Shown: positions 26,302-34,708 of the stretch, piece by piece | Position numbering within the stretch: position 1 is the first letter of the stretch | Layout of the letters: every line of letters begins with the position of its first letter | IMG/VR virus record: IMGVR_UViG_3300033073_000980 | Span: 1-64,000 of that record | From: a virus | Lineage: Duplodnaviria > Caudoviricetes | Strand: one strand, 5' to 3' | DNA length: 64,000 bases | Program-made: the position numbers and the translations under genes | The notes under the pieces: model-generated | What the model saw: only the letters and a program-made list of their open reading frames with translations | Told to the model about the DNA's origin: nothing | Databases searched by the model: none

Positions 26302-26910
26302 TTATAATGTATCGTAGTAAGCGTTTTGTTTTTCCTGTCTTTCGATTGTCTTAGGGTGAATTAAAGATAGAACATCTACCTCAGGAAGTACTGTAAAGTG
26401 CCTATAGCCTTCAATAACTTCGTGAACTTTATTCCTCCATTTAATATCTGAATTGTTTCTATAAATTCTAGTTTGGTAGTCAGGGTAGTTTACTCTTCCG
26501 TTCTTAACTCTCCAACCCCATTTTTGTATATGCTCCTCGGTGAGACCACTTACGGTATTAATCCGAGGAACATAATACAAATCTACTTCCGGATTTGCTT
26601 CAAGTATTTGATGAAGCAGTTCAATAAATTCGTCCGGAAGATACTCATCAGCATCAATCTGGAATATAAAATCTCCAGTGCAGAGGCTGCTCAGTTTGTT
26701 TTTCCAGTCAGCAAAATGTCCATCAAAGTTATCCCAAACTAATTTAATTCCTTCTACTGATTGTAGGTAATCAAATACTTCCTTTGTGCCATTGTTATCG
26801 TACAGGACAACTATTTCATCTTCGGAATGCTTTTGAGTAATTAACTGAGAGAGTAATCTTTCAATCTCTGTAAGTTCGTTACAGACTGTGACGGCATAGC
26901 TAACTTTCAT
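26302..26910 (-). CDS. family 2 glycosyltransferase
   Basis: SYAVTVCNE, FADWKN, FQIDADE, PDYQTRIY, VHE. Confidence 0.85.
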   Translation of the reverse strand: MKVSYAVTVCNELTEIERLLSQLITQKHSEDEIVVLYDNNGTKEVFDYLQSVEGIKLVWDNFDGHFADWKNKLSSLCTGDFIFQIDADEYLPDEFIELLHQILEANPEVDLYYVPRINTVSGLTEEHIQKWGWRVKNGRVNYPDYQTRIYRNNSDIKWRNKVHEVIEGYRHFTVLPEVDVLSLIHPKTIERQEKQNAYYDTL

Positions 26911-26926
26911 AATAGTAATATATGAA

Positions 26927-27382
26927 TTAAGACTGGAACATGCCAATGTATTCTAGAGCTTCTATGAAGTCTTTTTCTCCAAAGTACTTAGCTGTAGACA
27001 TATCCATTCTGTATTCATAATATTCGTTTTTCTTACCTGGCTTAGGATACTTCTTCTTCTCTTCTTCTGTTACTTTAACTGCCTTCACTCCAGTCCAGCG
27101 CCAGTTGTCTCGGTTGTTTCCTTGAGCAAACACCATTCCTTTATCAGGATGATTAACCATATTTGGCATCCAAACCTTTCCATGCTGATCAGTGATCATA
27201 AGGTCTTTGTAAAGCTCAGGAAGGATTTCAGCCTGCTGGGCTAGGAATTCACTCCCTTCAGTCATAAGACTGTTAGAGAGGAATCCACAACCGTAGCAAA
27301 GGTAGTTAGTAATTTCAGGAGATACTTCCTGAGTATAGCAGGCATCAGAGCCGCATCTATCACAAATTGTTAAATTGTCCAT
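26927..27382 (-). CDS. hypothetical protein with Zn-ribbon
   Basis: CDRC...C...CYGCG. Confidence 0.7.
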   Translation of the reverse strand: MDNLTICDRCGSDACYTQEVSPEITNYLCYGCGFLSNSLMTEGSEFLAQQAEILPELYKDLMITDQHGKVWMPNMVNHPDKGMVFAQGNNRDNWRWTGVKAVKVTEEEKKKYPKPGKKNEYYEYRMDMSTAKYFGEKDFIEALEYIGMFQS

Positions 27383-28683
27383 TATAACTTCTTCAATTTA
27401 GGTAATTCAATTTTCTTTAGAGTAGGTAGTTGTAACTTAACTTCTTTTGGAAACTCTGGGATATGCTTTTCAAAATAGCTTCCTAGTTTCTCTTTCATCT
27501 TCTCGTAAGAGAATTCTGATTTAGATCTAAAGGCCTGTCTCTTTGCATTCTCAGAATACTTTTTATAGTTCTCAAATACATCCTTCAAGTAATGCCCTAC
27601 ATAACCTAAGTCGGGTGAGAACCAAGAAGATTCAGCCAAGATCATATTAGGCACTACTGCACTTGCATGTACTGGTTTAACCTCTCCTCCTACCATAGGA
27701 ATAAGCTCTGGATCTAAATAATCAGTATGTCCAGACCAATTAGTAGTTATGATTGGTTTCTTTACTAGAGAGAATTCAAGCAAAGGTCTTCCAAAGCCTT
27801 CTCCTTTAGTCAAGTTAACCATCGCTTTTACTTTAGGATGATTGTAGAGCTGGTTAATTTCATTATCTGAGAATTCACCATGAAGTAGATAAACGTTAGG
27901 TACATTAACAGAATTAACTGTGCTTCTAATCATTGCAATCCTTTTCAAGATCTCTTCCCGGTCCATATAAGATGTTCCTGTGATTGATGTTTTTAAGATC
28001 AATGCAGGCTTCTTCATCTTATTCTTGAACGTTTCGTAGAATGCTTTTACTAGTAACCCAACGTTCTTTCTATCCTCTCCAACATCACCTTGCAGCCAAT
28101 GACCTACAAACAGGTAAGCAAAGTCTTCTTTAATGTTAGAAAGGTCTATAGAGGTTATCTCTTTAGTTTCAATCGGCTTGTATACATCAATGTTAGCTCC
28201 TTCAAACAACACCTCAACCGGTTTTTCTAATTTAACCATTTTAACTATTTGATTAGTCTGTTGGTCTCTCTGTTCGAAAGTAGAATCCTCAAATACCTTC
28301 TTTGCATGCTCTGAAGATACATAAGTAATGTTCATTCTGTTAACTCCTTCAACCCATTCCGGAGCACACATCGTAGTTTCAATACCGGCTGTGAATCCGA
28401 TATTGTACTTACCAACTGGTTGGAACTCATTAGGAACTGTAACTTGGGCCCAGATCTCCGGCTGCTTTGGCAGCTGAGGCTGTCTCAACATATGCTCTTC
28501 AAGGAAGCCCCAACTCTCCTGATGGTCTTGAATAAAGTTCCAAGGAGTGTTTCCCCATCGTTGAGGAAGAATTTTAACATCGTACTTATCTAATTCGATG
28601 ATTGCTTTGACCAAGTCTCTTGATCTTGATCCATACCCAGAGTAGGTATCAATAGGACAACTTATTACAAATAACGGCTTCAT
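27382..28683 (-). CDS. GT-B fold (GT4-like) glycosyltransferase
   Basis: SGYG..SRD, FLFVGHW, DRKNVGLL, KGEGFGRPLLEF, NWSGH.D. Confidence 0.85.
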   Translation of the reverse strand: MKPLFVISCPIDTYSGYGSRSRDLVKAIIELDKYDVKILPQRWGNTPWNFIQDHQESWGFLEEHMLRQPQLPKQPEIWAQVTVPNEFQPVGKYNIGFTAGIETTMCAPEWVEGVNRMNITYVSSEHAKKVFEDSTFEQRDQQTNQIVKMVKLEKPVEVLFEGANIDVYKPIETKEITSIDLSNIKEDFAYLFVGHWLQGDVGEDRKNVGLLVKAFYETFKNKMKKPALILKTSITGTSYMDREEILKRIAMIRSTVNSVNVPNVYLLHGEFSDNEINQLYNHPKVKAMVNLTKGEGFGRPLLEFSLVKKPIITTNWSGHTDYLDPELIPMVGGEVKPVHASAVVPNMILAESSWFSPDLGYVGHYLKDVFENYKKYSENAKRQAFRSKSEFSYEKMKEKLGSYFEKHIPEFPKEVKLQLPTLKKIELPKLKKL

Positions 28684-30119
28684 TAATAAACTAATTTATG
28701 AACTAACTTCTTTTTAGCAACTTCTCCTGCAAGGACTAATTCGTATTTCTCTCTTGGCTTCCAAGTTTCAAATAGAACATCCATATGCTTAATAATTTTA
28801 TCACTCATCTTCTGAGAAGTGAATCCTGCTTCATCTCCTGTAGCCCATACCCGGCCTGCTTCTCCTCTTGCCTTTCTTTCTTCAGCACCAAGTTCATAAA
28901 CGGCCTGGATTTGTTTTGCAGCATCCTCTGCCTCACATCGATCATCGTAGATGTATGGAGTCGGAATTGATCCTACTATCGATCTTGAAGTTGGGAATAC
29001 TGGGAAGGCCCACTCTCCACACTCCTTATAAGTACCTCTGTGGTTACTTGGAAAGTCTGCATCAAAGTCCAACCACTTACCATCTTTAACAAATCGCATC
29101 TGATCCTGCATACCGCCGGTAACGTTTGCAATAATGGGCGTTGCTGAAAGCAATGCTTCGGTCAAACTCAAACCCCATCCCTCATTCGAAGTTAATAGAA
29201 TGCAAGTATCAGCCAGGTTATACAACCAGTTCATCCTAATTGAATCGAACATACCTCCTGTGAAATGAACATTGCAATAATCCTCCGGACATAACAATTC
29301 AATAACTGCATTCAAGTCTGTACCATGCTCATCGGCCGGCTGGGTATGAAGAAGTAGTAAGCACTTCTGTGCTTTCTCTTTCGGTAAGGTATCCACAAAA
29401 TGCCTGAATGCCAAGATTGTATCCGGGATCTGTTTCCGGCGAATGTTACGCGAATTAAATAGAACGACGAAGTCGATCTCCTTTCCTTGAAACATCTGCT
29501 TTTTAAACTCTTTAAACTCTTTTGAGTCTAATTCACTTTCAGTCAAAGGTCTAAAATTGTTTTCATTAACTCCGTGAGGTACATACTCAATCATTTTATA
29601 TTGAGCCTTCTCTCCTAAGACGAGTTTGTTGATATTAACCGTCTGTTTTGAAATACCGAACAATGCATCACAAGACTCATAGAACTCCTTGTTGTAGAGA
29701 GGTGCAGGATAGTCATCCCAAATATTCAAATACACAATCGGGATGTGCTTTCTAATTTCATTCTCCATTTGGAACAACCAAGTCCAATAACGTGGATCGG
29801 TAATGATAAAGATTGCATCTGGCTTTTCAATTGCAATCAATTGACGTACTAGATCGGGACTACCGTACCCGTCGGTTGGGTAGAGCATGACAGAGGCATC
29901 TTGGATGCCGATCTGTTTGCCGGTATCGTCGGAGAGGTCAAAGCGTTGACCGGCTTCCGGGTGCTTAATAGCACCTCCAACGTTTACCCAATTGTAGTGG
30001 TGGGCGGTGTTAATTACTAACTCCCTTCCCATGTGCGCGATTCCGGAATGAACGCGAATGTCATCGCACATCAATAAAATTTTCTTTCGTTTGTCTTTTG
30101 GTATATAACCGTCTTTCAT
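28683..30119 (-). CDS. GT4-family glycosyltransferase
   Basis: DDIRVHSG, PHG, NSRNIRRK, NEGWGLSLTEA, NVTGGMQDQ. Confidence 0.88.
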   Translation of the reverse strand: MKDGYIPKDKRKKILLMCDDIRVHSGIAHMGRELVINTAHHYNWVNVGGAIKHPEAGQRFDLSDDTGKQIGIQDASVMLYPTDGYGSPDLVRQLIAIEKPDAIFIITDPRYWTWLFQMENEIRKHIPIVYLNIWDDYPAPLYNKEFYESCDALFGISKQTVNINKLVLGEKAQYKMIEYVPHGVNENNFRPLTESELDSKEFKEFKKQMFQGKEIDFVVLFNSRNIRRKQIPDTILAFRHFVDTLPKEKAQKCLLLLHTQPADEHGTDLNAVIELLCPEDYCNVHFTGGMFDSIRMNWLYNLADTCILLTSNEGWGLSLTEALLSATPIIANVTGGMQDQMRFVKDGKWLDFDADFPSNHRGTYKECGEWAFPVFPTSRSIVGSIPTPYIYDDRCEAEDAAKQIQAVYELGAEERKARGEAGRVWATGDEAGFTSQKMSDKIIKHMDVLFETWKPREKYELVLAGEVAKKKLVHKLVY

Positions 30120-30161
30120 AATATAACTTTAAAATAACTAATTAATTGTAAAAGGGCAAGC

Positions 30162-30350
30162 TCAATCCTCTTGGTGGTTGAGAATAGCCCGGCGGAAGTC
30201 TTGGTCGTTCAAATAAAGGTCCATGCATCGATTAACCAAGTTCGTGAGTGTGAACCTGTCGCGTACGCATTCTACTTTGAAGTCATTGAAGCGGTCTTGC
30301 TCTACCTTCACGGAGGTCAAAACCATTTTCTTTTCTGTAACTTTTGTCAT
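30162..30350 (-). CDS. small ribbon-helix-helix-like protein
   Basis: LTSVKVEQD.F..FK beta-alpha-alpha pattern. Confidence 0.55.
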   Translation of the reverse strand: MTKVTEKKMVLTSVKVEQDRFNDFKVECVRDRFTLTNLVNRCMDLYLNDQDFRRAILNHQED

Positions 30351-30362
30351 AATATATTTTAT

Positions 30363-30370
30363 TATAAATA
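30363..30370 (-). promoter_or_regulatory. class-2 motif TATTTATA (candidate late promoter)
   Basis: Same 8-mer lies 4-12 nt upstream of ATG at 30363, 37714, 38754, 52858 and 58534, always intergenic. Confidence 0.55.
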
Positions 30371-30399
30371 TATATGGTAGAAAAATCGCGGTCCAAATC

Positions 30400-31353
30400 T
30401 TACTTTATTTTTGCCCCTGCGTACTCGCAATGCTGCGGCTGTTCGTAAAACGGACAAAACTTACAAGCACTTGCCGAAGGAGTTCTTGGATACACTCTCT
30501 CTTTTATCTCCCCTGTCGGTTCGAAACATTCTCTAATAAACTCTTCCATTTTCCCCACAGCTTTCTTTGTCTTTATTGGACCGGAAGCCGGAATAAACTC
30601 CTGCACTCTCTTTTGGACGAAGTCCGACTGTTCCCAAATCTTTCTCTTAACAATAAAGAACTTGATGTGGATCTTCTCCGGATCAATTCCAAACTGTTTA
30701 TTAAAGAAATTCTTATAGAGAATCAATTGAGATTGTTTCATCTCATCTTTCTTTTCTTTATCACCCCATCCCCGAGTCGAAGTCTTGATATCAAAAATAT
30801 GATACTCATCCGAAGGTTCATGGTATAGAACTAAATCGATAAATCCTTTAAATAGTACTCCCGAGTAGTCTTCCACTGGTTGAACCATTAGAGGGATTTC
30901 AACTCCAACTAAATGCCAGCCTTGCTTACCAAAGTAAGCTGCTCTATTCTTTTTAATGTACTTAAGGATAGTGCAGCCGTCTTCGTAAAACTCTTTTAAG
31001 TCTTTGGCCTCAACAAAATGCTCATCGTTATTATTCTTCTTCTCGTCTGAGTAATGGAAGATTAATCCTTGGTAAAGTTTATCTTCTAAGTCCATTGCAT
31101 CAGCTGCCACTCCAGATACTTCATACAAGGTTGTTAACCACTCCTGAACCGTTTCATGAAATGCTTTTCCGAATACTGTATGAACGGAAGGCTTATAGAC
31201 TTTGATCTTATCTTTATAAGTTAACTTCCAACGATGAGGACATTGGTTATAGACCTGCATCTGAGAATAAGAAATATTCTTCTGAGTCTCTTTATTGATC
31301 TCTAGAAGTTTATGCTCCCGGATCTCTTTAATTACTTTCGGTAGCTTGGTCAT
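30400..31353 (-). CDS. PD-(D/E)XK nuclease (RecB/Cas4-like exonuclease)
   Basis: ISYSQ...CP, G.AFH, VE, GFIDLV, IFDIKT, QL.LY, CKFCPF. Confidence 0.85.
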   Translation of the reverse strand: MTKLPKVIKEIREHKLLEINKETQKNISYSQMQVYNQCPHRWKLTYKDKIKVYKPSVHTVFGKAFHETVQEWLTTLYEVSGVAADAMDLEDKLYQGLIFHYSDEKKNNNDEHFVEAKDLKEFYEDGCTILKYIKKNRAAYFGKQGWHLVGVEIPLMVQPVEDYSGVLFKGFIDLVLYHEPSDEYHIFDIKTSTRGWGDKEKKDEMKQSQLILYKNFFNKQFGIDPEKIHIKFFIVKRKIWEQSDFVQKRVQEFIPASGPIKTKKAVGKMEEFIRECFEPTGEIKERVYPRTPSASACKFCPFYEQPQHCEYAGAKIK

Positions 31354-31564
31354 TGATCTCCTGTTTGAGTCTTTCCAAATAGAGAATACCATCCATAAGT
31401 TCTTCTTGGGCGTGGTTGATCCATTCTACTTTAGAAAGATCTTTTCTATCGAGAGTGTTGTTGTACTTAGTAAAGCCCATCTCAGCTCTATCAACAAACT
31501 TGTTTAGGATAGCGTCCACTACCGAATCGGGAACAAAGGAAGTATAATTAATCTTCTTGCTCAT
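31328..31564 (-). CDS. small all-alpha protein, possible NTP pyrophosphohydrolase-like
   Basis: KY..TLDR.DL...W..HAQEELMD..LY acidic helix. Confidence 0.5.
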   Translation of the reverse strand: MSKKINYTSFVPDSVVDAILNKFVDRAEMGFTKYNNTLDRKDLSKVEWINHAQEELMDGILYLERLKQEINDQATESN

Positions 31565-31793
31565 CAGCGTATTCCTCTCTCAAGTCTTTAGGTAAAGTAT
31601 CTAACAGAATCTTTCCTGTTTGAACGTCGTAGAATACCGGCACAGGCATCACTGCATCTTCACTAGTACCTGCAACAAAGCGGGAAATCTTTCTTAGGAC
31701 AACACCTTCTGCAAAGACGTGATTGCCTTCAGGTGAAGTTACCGGTTGGGTGTTTTTAAGGTCAATGTTAATTTTTAAGTCTTGATTCTTCAT
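31548..31793 (-). CDS. hypothetical protein
   Basis: ORF. Confidence 0.7.
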   Translation of the reverse strand: MKNQDLKINIDLKNTQPVTSPEGNHVFAEGVVLRKISRFVAGTSEDAVMPVPVFYDVQTGKILLDTLPKDLREEYADEQED

Positions 31794-31986
31794 GTTCTTG
31801 TTTATGTTTTTTCCAATCTAAGTAAAAGCCAGCAGCAACTAAAATATTCATTCCAAACGAAGCAATTATCTCGTAGATGTCTTCATACACGTTCATTGTT
31901 AAGTGAACATGGCCAACCATCCAGAATGGAATAGATAAGTTACCTGATATCCAAGATAAGGTATATCTCAGAAAAAGCCACCTCAT
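31768..31986 (-). CDS. two-TM membrane hypothetical protein
   Basis: Two hydrophobic segments. Confidence 0.6.
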   Translation of the reverse strand: MRWLFLRYTLSWISGNLSIPFWMVGHVHLTMNVYEDIYEIIASFGMNILVAAGFYLDWKKHKQEHEESRLKN

Positions 31987-32249
31987 ACTATATAATCTCC
32001 GTAAATAGAGTATTGCTTTGGTTTCTCTTCTTCAATTTCTACTTCACTGGTTCTGATTGCAAATAGCTTTCCTTGAATAGGTTCCAGGCGATAGGCAATC
32101 GGCTTATTACTTGCTTTCTGGTAATAAGCTTCCAAAGCATCAGTTATGCTCTTCCTGATCTCTGTCTCCCCCTCCAAGGTCCATCTGTCCCCCGGTGGTG
32201 TCCTCTGAGCTATCAGCTGTAAGCTCTCCTTGATTTCTGTCTTGTTCAT
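31983..32249 (-). CDS. hypothetical protein
   Basis: ORF. Confidence 0.65.
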   Translation of the reverse strand: MNKTEIKESLQLIAQRTPPGDRWTLEGETEIRKSITDALEAYYQKASNKPIAYRLEPIQGKLFAIRTSEVEIEEEKPKQYSIYGDYIV

Positions 32250-32448
32250 CTTCTATTGGTTCAATTACTTGTACTTCGTTAACAAAATAATATTCGTCTC
32301 CGTGTTTGAATACTTTCTCGGCATGCCAAGCATCTTTCATTTCGTTAGTTGATTCGGTCGGGAGAACAGCTCCCATTTTGACCTTTAGTATCCTAACGAT
32401 CTCATACATGGTATCCTGTATATAAACTGTTCTCCCTAACCCAACCAT
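32140..32448 (-). CDS. hypothetical protein
   Basis: ORF coupled to the groEL stop (TAATG). Confidence 0.6.
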   Translation of the reverse strand: MVGLGRTVYIQDTMYEIVRILKVKMGAVLPTESTNEMKDAWHAEKVFKHGDEYYFVNEVQVIEPIEDEQDRNQGELTADSSEDTTGGQMDLGGGDRDQEEHN

Positions 32449-34073
32449 TATCCTAACATTAACTGCTTGGTCATATCATCCATGTCGTTAGAACCGTTCT
32501 GAGAAGGTTCGTCTGCAACGACACATTCGGTCAATAGGATTGTTCCTGCTACTGATGCTGCATTCTCCAAAGCCGTTCTAGTTACTTTGAATGGATCAAT
32601 AATCCCGGCATCTTTCATATTATCGAGGTTCTCTTCTTTAATATTCCAGCCTGTCCACATATCAGGAGTAGCGTTAATCTTAGCAACAATATAACTCACC
32701 TCCATAGAATCATAACCGGCATTGGTTAAGATCTTATGAAAAGGCATTAGACATGCTGCTGAGATGATCTGATAACCGGTGCTTGTATTCTTATTAACGG
32801 CACGTGAACTTTGTAACAAAGCAATACCACCACCGGGAACAATTCCTTCTGCAATAGCAGCTCTAGTTGCATGCAAGGCATCCTCTACTCGGTCCTTCTT
32901 CTCTTTCATTTCAAGTTCTGAATTACCTCCAACGTGGATGATTGATACACCGCCTGTAAACTTAGCTAAACGCTCTTGAAGCTTCTCCATCTCAAAAGGA
33001 CTCTTTGCATTATCGATCTGAGCTTTCAAGTCTTCAATACGAGAAGTAATAGCATCCATATCACCTTTACCGTCAATGATGGTAGTTGATTCTTTTTGGA
33101 TGTTTGCTTTACGAGCTTGACCCAACCATGCTTTATCTACCCGGCTCAACTTCATTCCTTTCTCAGGAGAGATTACTTGACCGCCGGTCAATACTGCGAT
33201 GTCTTCCATGATAAGCTTTCTCCTATCACCGAAGTCAGGAGCTTTAACTGCACATACTTTGATAGTACCCCGCATCTTATTTACAATCAAGGTAGCCAAA
33301 GCTTCGTTGTCAATATCTTCGCAGATGATCAACAATGATTTATTATCAGATGAAACTGATTCAAGAATAGGAAGAAGGTCTTTAGCCTGTGAAAGCTTCC
33401 CATCATAAATTAAAACTAAAGGACTGTCTAGTACTGCTGACATAGTTGCATTGTCAGTAACGAAGTGAGGAGATTTAAATCCTCGATCGAACTGAATACC
33501 CTCAACTGTTTCTAGATAAGTTTCACCTGTTCTAGATTCTTCAATAGTAACAATCCCGTCTCTGCCTACTGCAGCCAAAGCCGAAGTAATTAGAGAGCCT
33601 ACTTCAGGGTCGTTGTTTGCGGACACAGTTGCGATCTGGTCTAACTGCCCCTCTGAAGTAATATCTTCAACGATATTTTCTTTGATGTAAGCAATTACTT
33701 CTTTAACTGCTTTATCAATATCGCGTTTAATTTGTACTGCATTACCTCCTTCATCCAAAGCTTTCAATCCTTGGTTAGTAATGAATTGAGCTAGCAAAGT
33801 TGAGGTTGTAGTTCCATCACCGGCAATGTTTGCAGTCTTGATTGCTGCTTGCTTAAGCATATCAACGGCGATTGAATGTACGGGGTCTTTCAAAGAGATA
33901 ATCTTTGCAACCGTAACTCCGTCCTTGGTAGAACGAACTTCACCTGTCTCATTTCTATAAACAACATTTCGGCCATTAGGACCTAAAGTGGATGTAACTG
34001 CGTTAGCTAGCTTATCAATTCCTTCTGATAACTGCTTACGTGCTTGGTTTGAATATTCTATCTGCTTACTCAT
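32448..34073 (-). CDS. groEL: group I chaperonin large subunit
   Basis: TLGPNGRNV, TKDGVTVA, AGDGTTT, EGIQFDRG..SP.F, KAPDFGDRRK, GIVPGGG. Confidence 0.97.
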   Translation of the reverse strand: MSKQIEYSNQARKQLSEGIDKLANAVTSTLGPNGRNVVYRNETGEVRSTKDGVTVAKIISLKDPVHSIAVDMLKQAAIKTANIAGDGTTTSTLLAQFITNQGLKALDEGGNAVQIKRDIDKAVKEVIAYIKENIVEDITSEGQLDQIATVSANNDPEVGSLITSALAAVGRDGIVTIEESRTGETYLETVEGIQFDRGFKSPHFVTDNATMSAVLDSPLVLIYDGKLSQAKDLLPILESVSSDNKSLLIICEDIDNEALATLIVNKMRGTIKVCAVKAPDFGDRRKLIMEDIAVLTGGQVISPEKGMKLSRVDKAWLGQARKANIQKESTTIIDGKGDMDAITSRIEDLKAQIDNAKSPFEMEKLQERLAKFTGGVSIIHVGGNSELEMKEKKDRVEDALHATRAAIAEGIVPGGGIALLQSSRAVNKNTSTGYQIISAACLMPFHKILTNAGYDSMEVSYIVAKINATPDMWTGWNIKEENLDNMKDAGIIDPFKVTRTALENAASVAGTILLTECVVADEPSQNGSNDMDDMTKQLMLG

Positions 34074-34075
34074 AT

Positions 34076-34366
34076 TTAGTCTTCGATGATTGCTAGTATT
34101 TGATTCTCAGGACCGATGTAGTAATCTTCTCCTTTAAATTCGAATTTAGTAAAGCCCATAGTAGGAAGCACTGCAATGTCTCCAACCTTGGCTGTAGTTT
34201 CTACAAAACCAACCCCGGCAATAGTAATACCTTCTCCAACAGATACTACTTTTCCAATTTTGTTCTTTTCGTTACCCAAATCGGGAACGATAATGTTTCC
34301 ATGTAACTCTTCCTCAAACTCGTAAGGCTTAAGAATAACTGCGTTATAAATTGCTTTTAATTTCAT
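34076..34366 (-). CDS. groES: co-chaperonin
   Basis: GNIIVPD, G.VVSVG.G, VGD.., F.GEDY.I..E..IL. Confidence 0.92.
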   Translation of the reverse strand: MKLKAIYNAVILKPYEFEEELHGNIIVPDLGNEKNKIGKVVSVGEGITIAGVGFVETTAKVGDIAVLPTMGFTKFEFKGEDYYIGPENQILAIIED

Positions 34367-34650
34367 TTTATTGTGATTTGTTTTAGTTCTTGTAAACGTG
34401 CTTTGTGGTTAGAAATAAACTCCTGCAAGGAAGTGTAGTCTTGATTCTTAATTGAATCTTCCGCAATAACATCTAAGCATCTTTCTAGATCAGAATAATA
34501 ACCAATTGTCTGGTCTCTTTCTCTTCCAGAGGTTCCAGCAACAACTTTTTTAATAGCTGTGTAGCAATACTGATCGTATTGAATGTAATAAGGTTCTAAT
34601 GACGGATCGGTAATCGTGTAAATACTCGAGTTTTTCTCTTTTTTATCCAT
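34363..34650 (-). CDS. hypothetical protein
   Basis: ORF. Confidence 0.65.
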   Translation of the reverse strand: MDKKEKNSSIYTITDPSLEPYYIQYDQYCYTAIKKVVAGTSGRERDQTIGYYSDLERCLDVIAEDSIKNQDYTSLQEFISNHKARLQELKQITIK

Positions 34651-34708
34651 AACTTTACTTTAATTTATTAACTTTTATTGTAAAATGCAACTTGTTTGTT
34701 TATTATAA

